From Candidatus Latescibacterota bacterium (lineage in GTDB: Bacteria > Latescibacterota > UBA2968 > GCA-2709665), in contig OZ241917.1 in assembly GCA_965203805.1 (NCBI GenBank), positions 480,001 to 544,000 of the forward strand: 64,000 nt of DNA, given 5' to 3'. Both the position numbers and the translations under genes were made by a program. How positions within the stretch are numbered: the first letter of the stretch is position 1; the number at the start of each line of letters is the position of its first letter. Under the pieces are notes generated by a model. The model was not told the DNA's origin. It saw nothing but the letters and a program-made list of their open reading frames with translations, and made no database searches. Positions 1 through 9,946 of this stretch are shown here, piece after piece.

Positions 1-1002
1 TGGTAGTACTCCCATTCAAAATCCAATAGTTCTGGTTCTCTGATTAAACGATTCGCAATTAAACGATAACCTCGATATTCCAGCACACCCTTACGATGCT
101 CCTGCTCTAAGAACCATGGCTCCGGAATAGGGACTACAATACGATGTCCCCCTTCTGCCAAAGGTTGTGTCCAGAGTCCCATGCCTATCTCATCACCTAA
201 ATCTACTGATAGTTCTATTTCATCCAACAAGGTTAATTCAGGATTACCTGTGTAGGAGTATACTGACAATTTTACTGGTCCGATTTTTAGATCATCTTGC
301 CAAATAACTTGCAAAAGAACAATTTCTTCTTGGCTGTCATTATTCAAATCAACAATTTTTACATCTAAGCTCATTCTCGGTAAGGAAACACTAGCAATTT
401 GTTCAAAGCCATTGCCGTTCCAAGAAAGAACTAATATGTCTACAGGGCCATCATTATAAGTCTCAGGCTTGGGATAATGAAACAAAAGTATCTCATCTTT
501 TGTATCACCCGTTATATTCCCCACGATACTCCACAGCCCGAAAAATTCAGTAAAGTCAGATTGAAATAACCGGTTATCAACTACTTGGAAAATCTTAATA
601 GCTGGATCTTCCAATGTAACTGGTCTACGAATCCTTGATCTAATAGCCGCAACTTCTGAAACACCGTTACCATCGAAATCACCTTGATATGTGGATACAG
701 CACCCTGTAACATCACTGTGAATAATTCCCGTTGTGACTTCGGATCATAAAAAGCAAGACGACTGGTATAATCTAATGTCTCAGTTATTTTTAACCACAT
801 CCCCTTTTGACCAAGACCTTTAAAATCCGCAATGAATACACTATTTATTACTTCATTCGGGATCAACAGAATAGGTTTTACCCACGTCTCTAAAGATCAT
901 ACCTCTTATTGGTTCCGGTGATTTGCGCGAAGCAACAAAGGTTTGTTCCTGAGCAAATATCACCACAGGCCAGAGAACAAATAACGCTACCCAAGTTTTC
1001 AT
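1..1002 (-). pseudogene. Secreted FG-GAP/VCBS-repeat protein, frameshifted near 892-894, 3' end runs off the window
   Basis: Manual translation. SD AAAGGAG, then ATG at 1002 gives a signal-peptide-like MKTWVALFVLWPVVIFA that stops after 49 aa. An adjacent frame is open from ~895 to base 1 and contains GDFDGNGVSEVAA, GNITGDTKDEILL and VDLNNDSQEEIVLL. Removing one base from the TTT run (minus strand) joins the frames. AT-rich relative to the rest of the window. Confidence 0.7.
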
Positions 1003-1017
1003 TTCGGTCTCCTTTGT

Positions 1018-1749
1018 TTAAGGATCATACTCGACATGAGTGTGGTAATTATTACCTGACCCACCACACTTAACGTAGTATCTGCTATCACTGATAAACA
1101 TCTTTTTTACACGATTACACATTTCTTCGCGTTTAGCAATGAAGTTCTTTACATATACTCTCTCCCTTGGATTCATATCAAGCGCATATCCGTACTGATG
1201 TAAAGTACTACTAGTATTGCTCGAATGTTGGGTTCTCGATAACCACTAGTGATGCGTGGAGAATCGTCATCATTTTTAGATTTAAGAGCCTTTAATTCAG
1301 CCCTTCTAATACGTTCTGCTTCTGACCACATATTCATTAAAAAATGAGAAGTATTACTCGTGTTATAGTCTTCAGTCGAATAATATCCTGAGTGAAGCCT
1401 AGTTCTAAATGTTGCCCGAGGAGGAGTATGCCGACTCCCCCATCGTGTACGTTTCAAGTCTATGAACTGTTGTTGCATTGCCGATATCTGATCCTGATTA
1501 AACTTGACCGAATCCGCATCACCTGTTACTGTGCCTATAACAAGATAAGAAAGTGCATTACCTGTCACAGATCTACTATTTCTTCCTGTTGTTGCAAAGG
1601 TGATACTCGGATTCTTACTTCCTTTCGGATTAAAAACGAGTTCGCCGCTACGGTTGTATCCTCGATAAGTCCATTGAACTTGACTTGCGGTGGTTGTGGC
1701 ACTAACCTGAATATGCGCGGTTCTACCCCCAGAAGAAGGAAAACCCGTT
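1018..1749 (-). pseudogene. 5'-truncated, frameshifted protein with a C-terminal peptidase M15A-like (D-Ala-D-Ala Zn peptidase) domain
   Basis: The frame of ORF 1173..1568 is open up to ~1749 and reads ...PRITSGYREP. Adding one base at the G-run 1230-1232 continues QHSSNTSSTLHQYGYALD...NNYHTHVEYDP* (stop 1018-1020), giving SGYR, HxxxxxxD and HxH motifs. Confidence 0.65.
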
Positions 1750-2494
1750 CATGGACAGGATCGGCGTGCGCGTGCTACCCGAATTTCTCAGCGTACGCGC
1801 TGCGCCGCTTACAGACGTCTATCGTAAGCACCCGCTGCTGGGCGGCTACAGGGTCGACGACGAGGGGGTTCCCGCGCGCCAGACCCGGCTGGTGAGCAAG
1901 GGTGTGCTGGAAACGCTCTTGACAACCCGAACGCCGGTCCGCGGTATTGAACGCAGCACCGGAAGCCGCCGGGGCCCCGGCGGCGGGCCGAGCAATATCC
2001 TGGTTGAGCAGGAACGGGGAATGAGCGAAGAACAGATACGGAAGGAGTTTTTCAAACTGATCAAAAGGCAGAAAAAGGAATATGGCTACGTCGTTACCCA
2101 CGTCGCCAATCCGTTGTACACGCTAAGCGAAGCACGCGATGCCTACTATTTATATGAACCGTCGGACGAAGAAATCAAGGTGGGAAACCCGATTTACGTA
2201 CACAGGGTCTACCTGAACGGTCGGAAGGAACTTGTACGCAACGCGCAATTCGCGGGAATAGGCGCCTATACGTTCAAGGACATCGTCCAGGTGTCCAGGA
2301 CGTACGCCTTCAACACCGTTCCCTTTCGCTCCATGGACGATTCCTCACCCTTTTCGGGCACACTGCGGGGCCGTCAGGTTCTCACGAGTATCGTCACCCC
2401 ACGCATGGTCCTGTTCGAAGACATAACGCTGAAGCCGCCCTCCGGCGAGATCCCCAGGGCGCCCGTTTCCCCGCATCCCTTCTTCGGCGGATGA
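1730..2494 (+). pseudogene. C-terminal fragment of a TldD/PmbA-family metalloprotease-like protein
   Basis: ENPFMDRIGVRVLP...YRVDDEGVPARQTRLVSKGVLETLLTTRTP...STG...GPSNILVE...ELVRNA resembles the TldD/PmbA C-terminal domain. The N-terminal part is replaced by the AT-rich block. Confidence 0.65.
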
Positions 2495-2537
2495 GTACAG
2501 GGCGCTCCGCGAACGGGCGCCATCTACCGGTTTCGGT

Positions 2538-3542
2538 TCATACGCCGGTGAAAGCCTTGACCTTGTCCTCCGTCCTGGAGGGCCGGGTGGGCCGTTTGGC
2601 GCGCAACTCGCCCCAAAGGGCGATCGCGATGCCCGAGAGGATGATCCCTCCGCCGATGAGTTGCGCGGGCATGGGCACCTCGCCCAGGATGATACCGGCG
2701 AAGAGGACGCCGGCCACCGGCGAGAAGGATGACGCGGTGGCGATGTCGGCCGGGCGTACGCGCTTGATGCCGGAAAACCACGCCAACTGGCCGCAGGCCA
2801 CCACGACCCCGCCGTAGAGGATCATCCAGCCCCACAGCACGGGCGAGAAGATATCGGCGAAGTGCCCGATCCCGAAGAGGTAGAGGCCGATTCCGAGGAA
2901 GAAGAACGCGCCCAGCAGGTTGCGGTAGACGCTGAAGATGCCCAGCGGGATCGTCTGAAGCTGCTTGCGGCCGATTTCGGCGCCGCATACGAGAAGCACG
3001 GTCGCCGCCGCCGCAAAGACCTCGCCGCTGCCCACCCCCCTTCCCATACGAGCCGCCGCCATGCGCTCCGGCGAGGCGTCCATCTGCAGGAAGAGCGTTG
3101 TCGCCACGCCGGTGACGGCGCACAGCGCCCCCAGCACGGCGGTCCCGCTCGATTTTTCCCGGTAAAATATCCAGGCCAGCAGCAGGCCGAGCGGGATTTC
3201 TATCGTCTCGATCAGGACGATATTGGTCACCGAGGTCCGCGAAATGGCCGTAAACATCATGGCCGGCGCAATCGCGCCCGACGTGAGGGCGAGGACGGTC
3301 TGGATCAGCCACTGGCGGCGAGACAGCCTGCGCAGGCGCGACGGGCGCCATTCCCGCTGATTCACGGCAAACAGGGTCAGCGCCGCCACCAGGTTGCCGG
3401 CGAAGAGCAGATTGCAGAAAGAGATGGGATTGCGGCCGTCAATCAGATGCGCCTGACCGATTTCGACCAGGCGCGCCACGACCGGGGCGGCCGCGGCGAA
3501 GATCAGAATCGCAATCCACAGGTAAATTCGTCCCCAGGTCAT
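2538..3542 (-). CDS. DMT/EamA family transporter
   Basis: 334 aa with ~10 hydrophobic segments in two EamA-like halves (LLAWIFYREK; FAGIILGEVP). Confidence 0.85.
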   Translation of the reverse strand: MTWGRIYLWIAILIFAAAAPVVARLVEIGQAHLIDGRNPISFCNLLFAGNLVAALTLFAVNQREWRPSRLRRLSRRQWLIQTVLALTSGAIAPAMMFTAISRTSVTNIVLIETIEIPLGLLLAWIFYREKSSGTAVLGALCAVTGVATTLFLQMDASPERMAAARMGRGVGSGEVFAAAATVLLVCGAEIGRKQLQTIPLGIFSVYRNLLGAFFFLGIGLYLFGIGHFADIFSPVLWGWMILYGGVVVACGQLAWFSGIKRVRPADIATASSFSPVAGVLFAGIILGEVPMPAQLIGGGIILSGIAIALWGELRAKRPTRPSRTEDKVKAFTGV

Positions 3543-3560
3543 CCGGCCTCTTAATTTCCT

Positions 3561-3760
3561 AAAACGGAACTAACATGGATGGACAGGATGGACAGGATGA
3601 AAACCAACAGGTGCGACAAAAGCGCGAGAAAACGAACATCAGAAACTACGAAACCCGCGAAACACACGAAAAAAACGAAATGCACGAGAAAACGAGTAAC
3701 GGCAGTGAATCGATTCACCATAGACCGCGCGTCGTCACTCCGTCCACTCTGAAACCCCAT
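3561..3760 (+). repeat. Intergenic repeat of 9-bp-period motifs (ACATGGAT-GGACAGGAT-GGACAGGAT; CACGAAAAA/CACGAGAAA), copy 1
   Basis: Shares GGAACTnACATGGAT..ACAGGAT.GACAGGAT.AAAACC, AAACTACGAAA and CCACtCTGAAACCCCA with 9947-10153. Confidence 0.8.
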
Positions 3761-3763
3761 TGT

Positions 3764-5305
3764 TTATGCGAAAACTGCCCTGCCGACGTCCTGGATGAGA
3801 CCAATGCGGGAATTGGACGGATTATAGACCCATTCGTTGTCGAAAACCTTTCTAAGTCTCTTGCTCAGGAACAGATCTCCTATCGACAAAGCGTGGAATC
3901 GACTGTGGTTCTTTTTGGCGATCAGAATTCTCTCATGCACGGGCTCCGGAACTGAGGACATTACAAAATCCGAAATCACAAGCAGGTCAGATCTGTTGTA
4001 TTCCTCGCTATCCATCATATTGAGGGCATAGTCAAGAGCAGGGCGTACGTCTGTCCCGCCATGAAAGGAACGCTGCAAAAAGCCGACCACCTTTGCAATG
4101 CCCAATTGGTCGGATAAATCCAGGGTTTCTATGCCCGTCGAGAAATTGATCAGGAGGCAGTTTCGCTTTTGTGACATTGCGCGGGTGGCGACAAACAGCG
4201 TGACGGCCTTGGCGATGGTTTCGGGCGAGCCCTGCATGGAGCCGCTGGTATCAACGCAAATGATCATCGGTCCCAACTTTTCTTCCTCTTCGATCTCAAC
4301 CATGCGTTCTTCTTCGACCATAAGGGAACTTGCCCGCGTTCCTTCCATTTCAAAACACATCAGACGGCCTTCGGCCAATTTCAGGTCAAACAATATGGCG
4401 GTCTCGTCATCAGACAGCAATGCCATATCCTGTGGAATCGCGCGCTCGACGTCCTTCCCCATGTAGACGCCGACGATTTCTTCCCTGGAATTCACGTCTG
4501 GAACGTACTGTGTGACGGTGGATACGTTTTTGACGAGTTCCTGTCTCGTCGTTCGCTCTGCTCTACGAAGGCGCCCCAGCATGTCGCACAGTTCCCTAAC
4601 GCCCGTGTCTTTCGATATATATTCAGCCCATCTTCTCAATTGTTCAATGTTTGAGAGCGACAGATTTCCCTTTGACAGATCAAATAACAGGCCGGGTTCG
4701 ATGGATAATTCGTCCAGTGCATCCGACAGTACCTGGAGATTCTTTAACCACTCCCGTAACCTGCTCAGCAATTTTTCTCTGAACTTTCGGATTGTCTCTA
4801 TTTCCCACCTGGCAAGTTGCTCATCCAACAACTTTCTCCACTGTTGTAATAACAGTCTCCTGAAAATGACGTGCTTTTCATGAACTCTCGCTTTGGTCAC
4901 TTCCTCCAGTGTTGTGGGTTCCTGTTCTTGAAGTACTTCGGTGACAAAATCCGGGAGATCCTGATACGCTTTGAGTTCCTCAATTTCCGACAACCAGTAG
5001 TCGCTGTCGATTCTTGAGCCTGTTAGTTCTCCCAACGCCTGAAAGTGTTGGAAATCTCCCTCCAGCTGAACCGTCGTCGCGGTGTTCTCACTTTCCAGTT
5101 CCTGCTCTGAACGCTGCAGCGCCCGATGGGCTTCTTTGAATGGATTATTTCGCGTCAGCCATCTCTTGATGCTGATCTGCTCAGTATTAATCTCTGACAA
5201 TAACCCTTCTTCGACGGCGGGATCTTCTGCCACGGGAAATTCCCGACAGAGACCCGTCAATGTCTCTTCTTGTATTTCGTTCTCAATTGATTTTTCGTTC
5301 ATCAT
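3764..5305 (-). CDS. viaA: VWA-domain protein, ViaA-like
   Basis: GPMIICVDTSGSMQG MIDAS motif, HGGTD, DLLVISDF. The start overlaps the stop of the AAA gene (TAATG). Confidence 0.8.
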   Translation of the reverse strand: MMNEKSIENEIQEETLTGLCREFPVAEDPAVEEGLLSEINTEQISIKRWLTRNNPFKEAHRALQRSEQELESENTATTVQLEGDFQHFQALGELTGSRIDSDYWLSEIEELKAYQDLPDFVTEVLQEQEPTTLEEVTKARVHEKHVIFRRLLLQQWRKLLDEQLARWEIETIRKFREKLLSRLREWLKNLQVLSDALDELSIEPGLLFDLSKGNLSLSNIEQLRRWAEYISKDTGVRELCDMLGRLRRAERTTRQELVKNVSTVTQYVPDVNSREEIVGVYMGKDVERAIPQDMALLSDDETAILFDLKLAEGRLMCFEMEGTRASSLMVEEERMVEIEEEEKLGPMIICVDTSGSMQGSPETIAKAVTLFVATRAMSQKRNCLLINFSTGIETLDLSDQLGIAKVVGFLQRSFHGGTDVRPALDYALNMMDSEEYNRSDLLVISDFVMSSVPEPVHERILIAKKNHSRFHALSIGDLFLSKRLRKVFDNEWVYNPSNSRIGLIQDVGRAVFA

Positions 5306-6828
5306 TATCCGATCAGCTTTTTAATTCGGTCGCAGTCCTTACGTCTCAACTTCACGTCCTGCAACTGCTTCTCTACGCTTTCCAGGGCAATACGACGGAT
5401 GTTTTCGGGAACAAATGGCGTCTCCAATTCCTTCTCAAATTGAGCTGATTTGGTTTCGATTGCCTTTCTGATGTCGTCGATCTCTGAAGCCGTTTCGTCT
5501 ACTGCATCCCTTAGTGATGCAGAGAGCCTTTCGCTGACGTCTGACTTCCTATCTCCTTTATGAAATAGAATTTTGGGTGTGAAGTCATTTACATCCACCC
5601 AATTACTACTGTAATAGGCATTGTTTCGATGTTCATCTATACTTATGCAGCAAGTTCCCTGGGAGGCAAAGTTACACCGGATCCAATCTAACTCATTTCC
5701 TTCCTTGTCTCTTGGGTGGAATTTTTCTCTACTGTTCATCTTTTTTGCCGGGATAAAGAACGTCACAGGCTTGCCTCTCGGTTTTTTTCTACACTCGAAA
5801 TATTCGTTACCGTCGCGAAGGGTCTTGGTCTCATATACGTCTATGCGATGATACAGGTACTTGTTGATTTCTCGTTCCAAATCATCCTTTTTACTATCGA
5901 TCGCCTGAAGGCTGACACCGGTTTCAAATCCGTGGTTTCTCACGGCATCCTCGACGATTTTTACGACGTCCGCATAATTGTCTTTCGTTGTCCACAAGCA
6001 GTGGCGCAGCAACAATGTATCGACCAGGTTGGTTTTGTTCCGTCCGCAGAAGAAGGCCGCAGCCTTGAGTAGAATTGCTGCCCTCTGCCAGCGGCGATCC
6101 GAAACGTATACATCGAGTTCTTCGCCTTTTTCGGCAAAAGAAAGTCGGATATCGTGTATAATGCTCAGGGTTTCATCCGAGAGCTCAACCGTTTGAATAT
6201 CGGTCGTCCACTCCTTCCATTCCTCGCGTTTTATTTTCTGGGCGCGCACTTCGACCGATGCATCTGTTGGCTCGGATTTGAGGAGCGTTTCGAAGTTTTC
6301 CTTTGCTTTCAAGGGCGGCACGTCCAACCGAACGAGAAAGCGGTCGTATAACGCGTCCAATCCCTGATCCGGCGGCGGTGTCTCGTTCGATGCCGCGATC
6401 AATGCCTTCAATGGAGCAGATACCACCTCTGTGCCGTTGCGGAATGACTTTTCGTTCATTATGGTCAGTAGCGTGTTGAGGATAGAAGGACTCGATTTCC
6501 AGATTTCATCCAGGAACGCGAAATCGGATTGGGGCAGGAAGCCCTCGGTCTTGCGAACGAAGTTGTCCTTTTTCAGTTCTGTAATCGAAACCGGACCGAA
6601 TACCTCCTCGGGAGTACTGAAACGGTGCATCAAGTATTCGAAATACCCGTCGGTTTCAAAGGCATGAGACAAACGGCGGGCGATCAGGCTCTTTGCGGTG
6701 CCGGGTGGGCCCAACAGGAAGATATTCTGACCCGATAATGCCGCCAGGAGCGAAACGGCGATGGTTTCTTCTCTTTCGAAGATGCCTTCATTCAGCATCT
6801 TGACAATTTCTGCTATTCTCTCTTTCAT
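5305..6828 (-). CDS. ravA: MoxR-family AAA+ ATPase, RavA-like
   Basis: FLLGPPGTAKSLIARR Walker A, YFEYLMHRFSTPEEVFGP, FLDEIWK Walker B, ASNE, ALYDRF, VSDRRW. Likely start MKERI at 6828 after SD AGGAAAGG; the track's upstream extension lies in repeat DNA. Confidence 0.85.
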   Translation of the reverse strand: MKERIAEIVKMLNEGIFEREETIAVSLLAALSGQNIFLLGPPGTAKSLIARRLSHAFETDGYFEYLMHRFSTPEEVFGPVSITELKKDNFVRKTEGFLPQSDFAFLDEIWKSSPSILNTLLTIMNEKSFRNGTEVVSAPLKALIAASNETPPPDQGLDALYDRFLVRLDVPPLKAKENFETLLKSEPTDASVEVRAQKIKREEWKEWTTDIQTVELSDETLSIIHDIRLSFAEKGEELDVYVSDRRWQRAAILLKAAAFFCGRNKTNLVDTLLLRHCLWTTKDNYADVVKIVEDAVRNHGFETGVSLQAIDSKKDDLEREINKYLYHRIDVYETKTLRDGNEYFECRKKPRGKPVTFFIPAKKMNSREKFHPRDKEGNELDWIRCNFASQGTCCISIDEHRNNAYYSSNWVDVNDFTPKILFHKGDRKSDVSERLSASLRDAVDETASEIDDIRKAIETKSAQFEKELETPFVPENIRRIALESVEKQLQDVKLRRKDCDRIKKLIG

Positions 6829-6943
6829 GATCAGTGATCTTCCTTTCCTTGCGGGACACAGACCGGACGTTGGATGCGCGATAATGTACCCAATGTCGTG
6901 TGACCGCGCAATCCCTTCACACCTGCTGCCAGGCACCAGAAAG

Positions 6944-7446
6944 GGCCTCCTCAGGATGACAGGTTGGGCGAGCGGCCGGCGTGTCATTCTGAGCGCACGC
7001 GGGCAGACAGGAATGTCCGCCCCACCCTTCATCAGCGGATACCTGAGCATGCCAGTACCGCATAGGGATTACAGATACATTTCGCCAATCGCCTTTGAAA
7101 GACATGTGATTCTGAGCGGAGCGAAGAATCTCCCGTTCTCTGGCTTGGACGTTCTGCGGAAGCCTTCGCCAGCCGGTCTGCGCGGACGCATCGTCACGCG
7201 CTTCCGAAGGATGGCCGTGTGGGCGCAAACGTGCCGCCTGCTAGGTGCGGGACACGTCCAAGTCACGCTGGTGTGAACACCGATGCCGCAGTAGATCCTT
7301 CGTCGGCCTGTCTGCCGATGAATCGCCGGCAGGCAGGACGGCCTCCTCAGGATGACAGGTTGGGCGACCGGTCGGCGTGTCATTCTGAGCGAAGCAGGCA
7401 GACAGGAATGTCTGCCCCACCCTTCAACAGCGGTTTTCTCAGCATG
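6944..7446. repeat. Mosaic of REP-like palindromes with ~105-bp direct repeats at 6944-7051 and 7340-7446
   Basis: Hairpins CTCAGGATGAC...GTCATTCTGAG and GGCAGACA-GGAA-TGTCTGCC, plus TTCTGAGCGGAGCGAAGAATCTCC. Homologous modules occur inverted at 60487-61042. Confidence 0.85.
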
Positions 7447-7525
7447 ACGATTTCATAGTCCGTGTGACCGACCACCAGCGTACCCCGGCAGGCGTGGGAT
7501 ATCCGACATCTGCAGGAGGAACCCA

Positions 7526-7909
7526 ATGACCCCGACACCCTCTGCCAAGCTGACGGGCATGAGCCCGCAGTTTCTCGTGGCCGATCTGGACCGGTCGATC
7601 CGCTTCTATACGGGGCAACTCGGATTCGACCTCGACTTCCGATACGAGCATTTCTACGCCGGAATCGTGCGGGACGGTCACTCGATCCACCTCAAACTCG
7701 CCGACGCGCCAGGCACCGAGAGGGAGTTCCGCCGGGAGAACGAGCATCTGGACGTCACCTTCACGGTCGAGGATATCGACGCGGCGTACAACCAGGCGCA
7801 AAGCCGTTCCGTCCCGGTAACGCAACCTCTGCGGGAGATGCCCTACGGCCGTGAATTCTACGTGTCCGACCCGGACGGGTATATTCTCGCCTTTGTCGAG
7901 ACGAAATAG
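7526..7909 (+). CDS. VOC/glyoxalase/bleomycin-resistance family protein
   Basis: PQFLVADLDRSIRFY...LGF; PYGREFYVSDPDGYILAF; SD AGGAGG. Confidence 0.9.
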   Translation: MTPTPSAKLTGMSPQFLVADLDRSIRFYTGQLGFDLDFRYEHFYAGIVRDGHSIHLKLADAPGTEREFRRENEHLDVTFTVEDIDAAYNQAQSRSVPVTQPLREMPYGREFYVSDPDGYILAFVETK

Positions 7910-7966
7910 CGCGGGCGTAGCGGGACCCAACGGCTGCTGATAGACGAATCCTCCACGAATCCGGCC

Positions 7967-8010
7967 TTGACTTTGCGGCTGAATTGCACTATACGTATAA
8001 TACACGTGTA
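7967..8010 (+). promoter_or_regulatory. Sigma70-like promoter of the TA operon with two palindromic operator candidates
   Basis: TTGACT-17-TATACG or TTGCGG-17-TATAAT. Palindromes TATACGTATA (7990-7999) and TACACGTGTA (8001-8010) overlap the -10 region. Confidence 0.6.
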
Positions 8011-8045
8011 TCTGCGTTCGTGTCGTCTGAATCGGAGAATTGCGC

Positions 8046-8276
8046 ATGCGCAGGAAGCTGACCATAACCATCGACGAAGAGGTGTACGAAGGCCTGCATC
8101 GCACGATCGGGCGGCGGCGCATCAGCCGCTTTGTTGAAACGCTTGTCCGCCCCCATGTGCTTCAACCGGACCTGGAACAGGCTTACGTCGACATGGCGTG
8201 CGATGAAAAGCGGGAAACCGAAGCGATAGAATGGGCGGAAGACACGCTGGGAGATGGTTTCGATGCATCGAGGTGA
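8046..8276 (+). CDS. Putative antitoxin (RHH/CopG-like N-terminus)
   Basis: [14 protein letters not shown] beta-helix pattern, acidic C-terminus, overlaps the toxin gene. Confidence 0.8.
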   Translation: MRRKLTITIDEEVYEGLHRTIGRRRISRFVETLVRPHVLQPDLEQAYVDMACDEKRETEAIEWAEDTLGDGFDASR

Positions 8277-8583
8277 AGTGTGGTGGGTGAGTTTCAACCC
8301 GTCCACGGGTGGCGAAATCCGTAAGAGACGCCCCGCGATCATCGTCAGCAACGACGCATCCAACAGACATTTGAATCGCGTTCAGGTCGTGCCGCTGACT
8401 GGCAATCTCGACCGTCTCTACCCCAGTGAAGCCTATGTGACCGTACAGGACGAAAGACGGAAGGCCATGGCCGATCAGTTGGCAACGGTGAGCAAGCGCC
8501 GATTGAGTGCGCTTCACGGACGCGTCTCCGTATCGGACATGGACCGCGTGGAACGCGCGATCAGGGTGCAGTTGGGCCTGTGA
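8263..8583 (+). CDS. mazF: PemK/MazF family toxin (endoribonuclease)
   Basis: [27 protein letters not shown]...VVPLT...[11 protein letters not shown]. Confidence 0.92.
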   Translation: MHRGEVWWVSFNPSTGGEIRKRRPAIIVSNDASNRHLNRVQVVPLTGNLDRLYPSEAYVTVQDERRKAMADQLATVSKRRLSALHGRVSVSDMDRVERAIRVQLGL

Positions 8584-8707
8584 TGTCCCAACCGCGGGTT
8601 TGTATTGTACGATATTTCTGTTCGCGGAAAGGGGCGGACGGCGCACTCGCTCCGGACGGTGACGCGTGCAATCGAGGGAATATTCCGAAGGAGGTAAATC
8701 AAAACCG

Positions 8708-9934
8708 ATGGCGACAATCAATTCCAACTACAACAAACTCTCTGCCGGCTATCTGTTTCCGGAAATCGCAAGGCGGACGGGCGCGTTTCTGGATGATCAC
8801 CCTGACGTCGAAGTGATGCGTCTCGGCATCGGCAACACCACCGAGCCGCTGCCTCCCAGCGTGATCGAACGCTTGCATCACACGGTGGAAAGACTGGCGG
8901 CCGTCGAGACCTATACGGGTTACGCCGATGGAAGCGAAGGAAATCTCGATCTCAGAGAGGCCATCGCGGGCCGTTACGCGGAACGCGGCGTCGCACTGGA
9001 TACGGATGAGATATTCGTCGGCGACGGAGGAAAACCCGATTCGGCGAATATTCAGTCCATTTTCGGCCTGGACAACGTGGTGGCCGTTCAGGACCCCGCC
9101 TATCCCGTCTACGTGGACAGCAACGTGATCGCCGGTCGCACAGGGACGATGGTCGACGGTCAGTACCAGGGAATCGTCTACATGCCCTGCACGGAGGCGA
9201 ACGGCTTTTTCCCCGCATTGCCCGCGGAAAAAGCGGACCTGATTTATATCTGCAGTCCCAATAACCCGATCGGTTCCGTTGCAACCCGCAGGCAGTTGCA
9301 GACGTTTGTGGATTATGCCCGCGACAATCGGGGGGTGATTATCTTCGACGCGGCCTATTGCGCGTACATTTCGGATCCTGACCTGCCCCACAGCATCTAC
9401 GAGATCGACGGCGCCGCGACCTGCGCGATCGAGATCAACAGTTTCTCCAAAGATACAGGGTTCACCGGCGTACGGCTGGGCTGGACGGTTGTCCCGCAGG
9501 ACCTGGTTGTGGAAGACGGCGGGCCGGGTGTTGTGAACGGACTCTGGCGCAGACGGCAGAATACGATGTTCAATGGCGCCTCCAATATTGTACAGGGCGG
9601 CGGATTGGCGGTGTTCACGGAGGCGGGGCGGGCCGAGTGCAGGGAGATGGTGGCCTATTATATGGCCAATGCCAGGCGCATCCGATCGGGTCTCGAGGGC
9701 CTGGGCCTTACCGTCTACGGCGGCGTCCACGCGCCGTATCTCTGGATGAAGACGCCGGGGGGCATGGGATCGTGGGACTTCTTCGACAAGCTGCTGTCCG
9801 AGGCGCACGTCGTCGGGACGCCGGGCGCGGGATTCGGGCCCAGCGGCGAAGGATTCTTCAGGCTGAGCGCGTTCGGACACCGTGAGGACATCGAGTCGGC
9901 CGTGGACAGCATCGAGAGAAATCTGAAGATATAG
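8708..9934 (+). CDS. dapL: LL-diaminopimelate aminotransferase
   Basis: [62 protein letters not shown]; SD AGGAGG. Confidence 0.95.
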   Translation: MATINSNYNKLSAGYLFPEIARRTGAFLDDHPDVEVMRLGIGNTTEPLPPSVIERLHHTVERLAAVETYTGYADGSEGNLDLREAIAGRYAERGVALDTDEIFVGDGGKPDSANIQSIFGLDNVVAVQDPAYPVYVDSNVIAGRTGTMVDGQYQGIVYMPCTEANGFFPALPAEKADLIYICSPNNPIGSVATRRQLQTFVDYARDNRGVIIFDAAYCAYISDPDLPHSIYEIDGAATCAIEINSFSKDTGFTGVRLGWTVVPQDLVVEDGGPGVVNGLWRRRQNTMFNGASNIVQGGGLAVFTEAGRAECREMVAYYMANARRIRSGLEGLGLTVYGGVHAPYLWMKTPGGMGSWDFFDKLLSEAHVVGTPGAGFGPSGEGFFRLSAFGHREDIESAVDSIERNLKI

Positions 9935-9946
9935 CCTATCTCAATT

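Noticed and set aside
3575-3955. ORF MDGQDGQDE... and similar ORFs at 3551, 10234 and 10315
   Set aside because: Translations of the 9-bp-period repeats; they overlap real genes.
6944-7446. Possible CRISPR array or integron attC array
   Set aside because: Spacers are homologous to each other rather than unique, spacing is irregular, and there is no cas or integrase gene.
6761-7458. Several ORFs, including the 74-aa N-terminal extension of RavA, and ORFs in 60549-61161
   Set aside because: They lie in palindromic repeat mosaics; shared peptides such as DAAVDPSSACLP reflect DNA repeats.
8699-9880. Long antisense ORFs over dapL, bamA, dnaJ, nadB, the lyase gene and others
   Set aside because: Shadow ORFs typical of high-GC coding DNA, with no motifs and Arg/Pro-rich composition.
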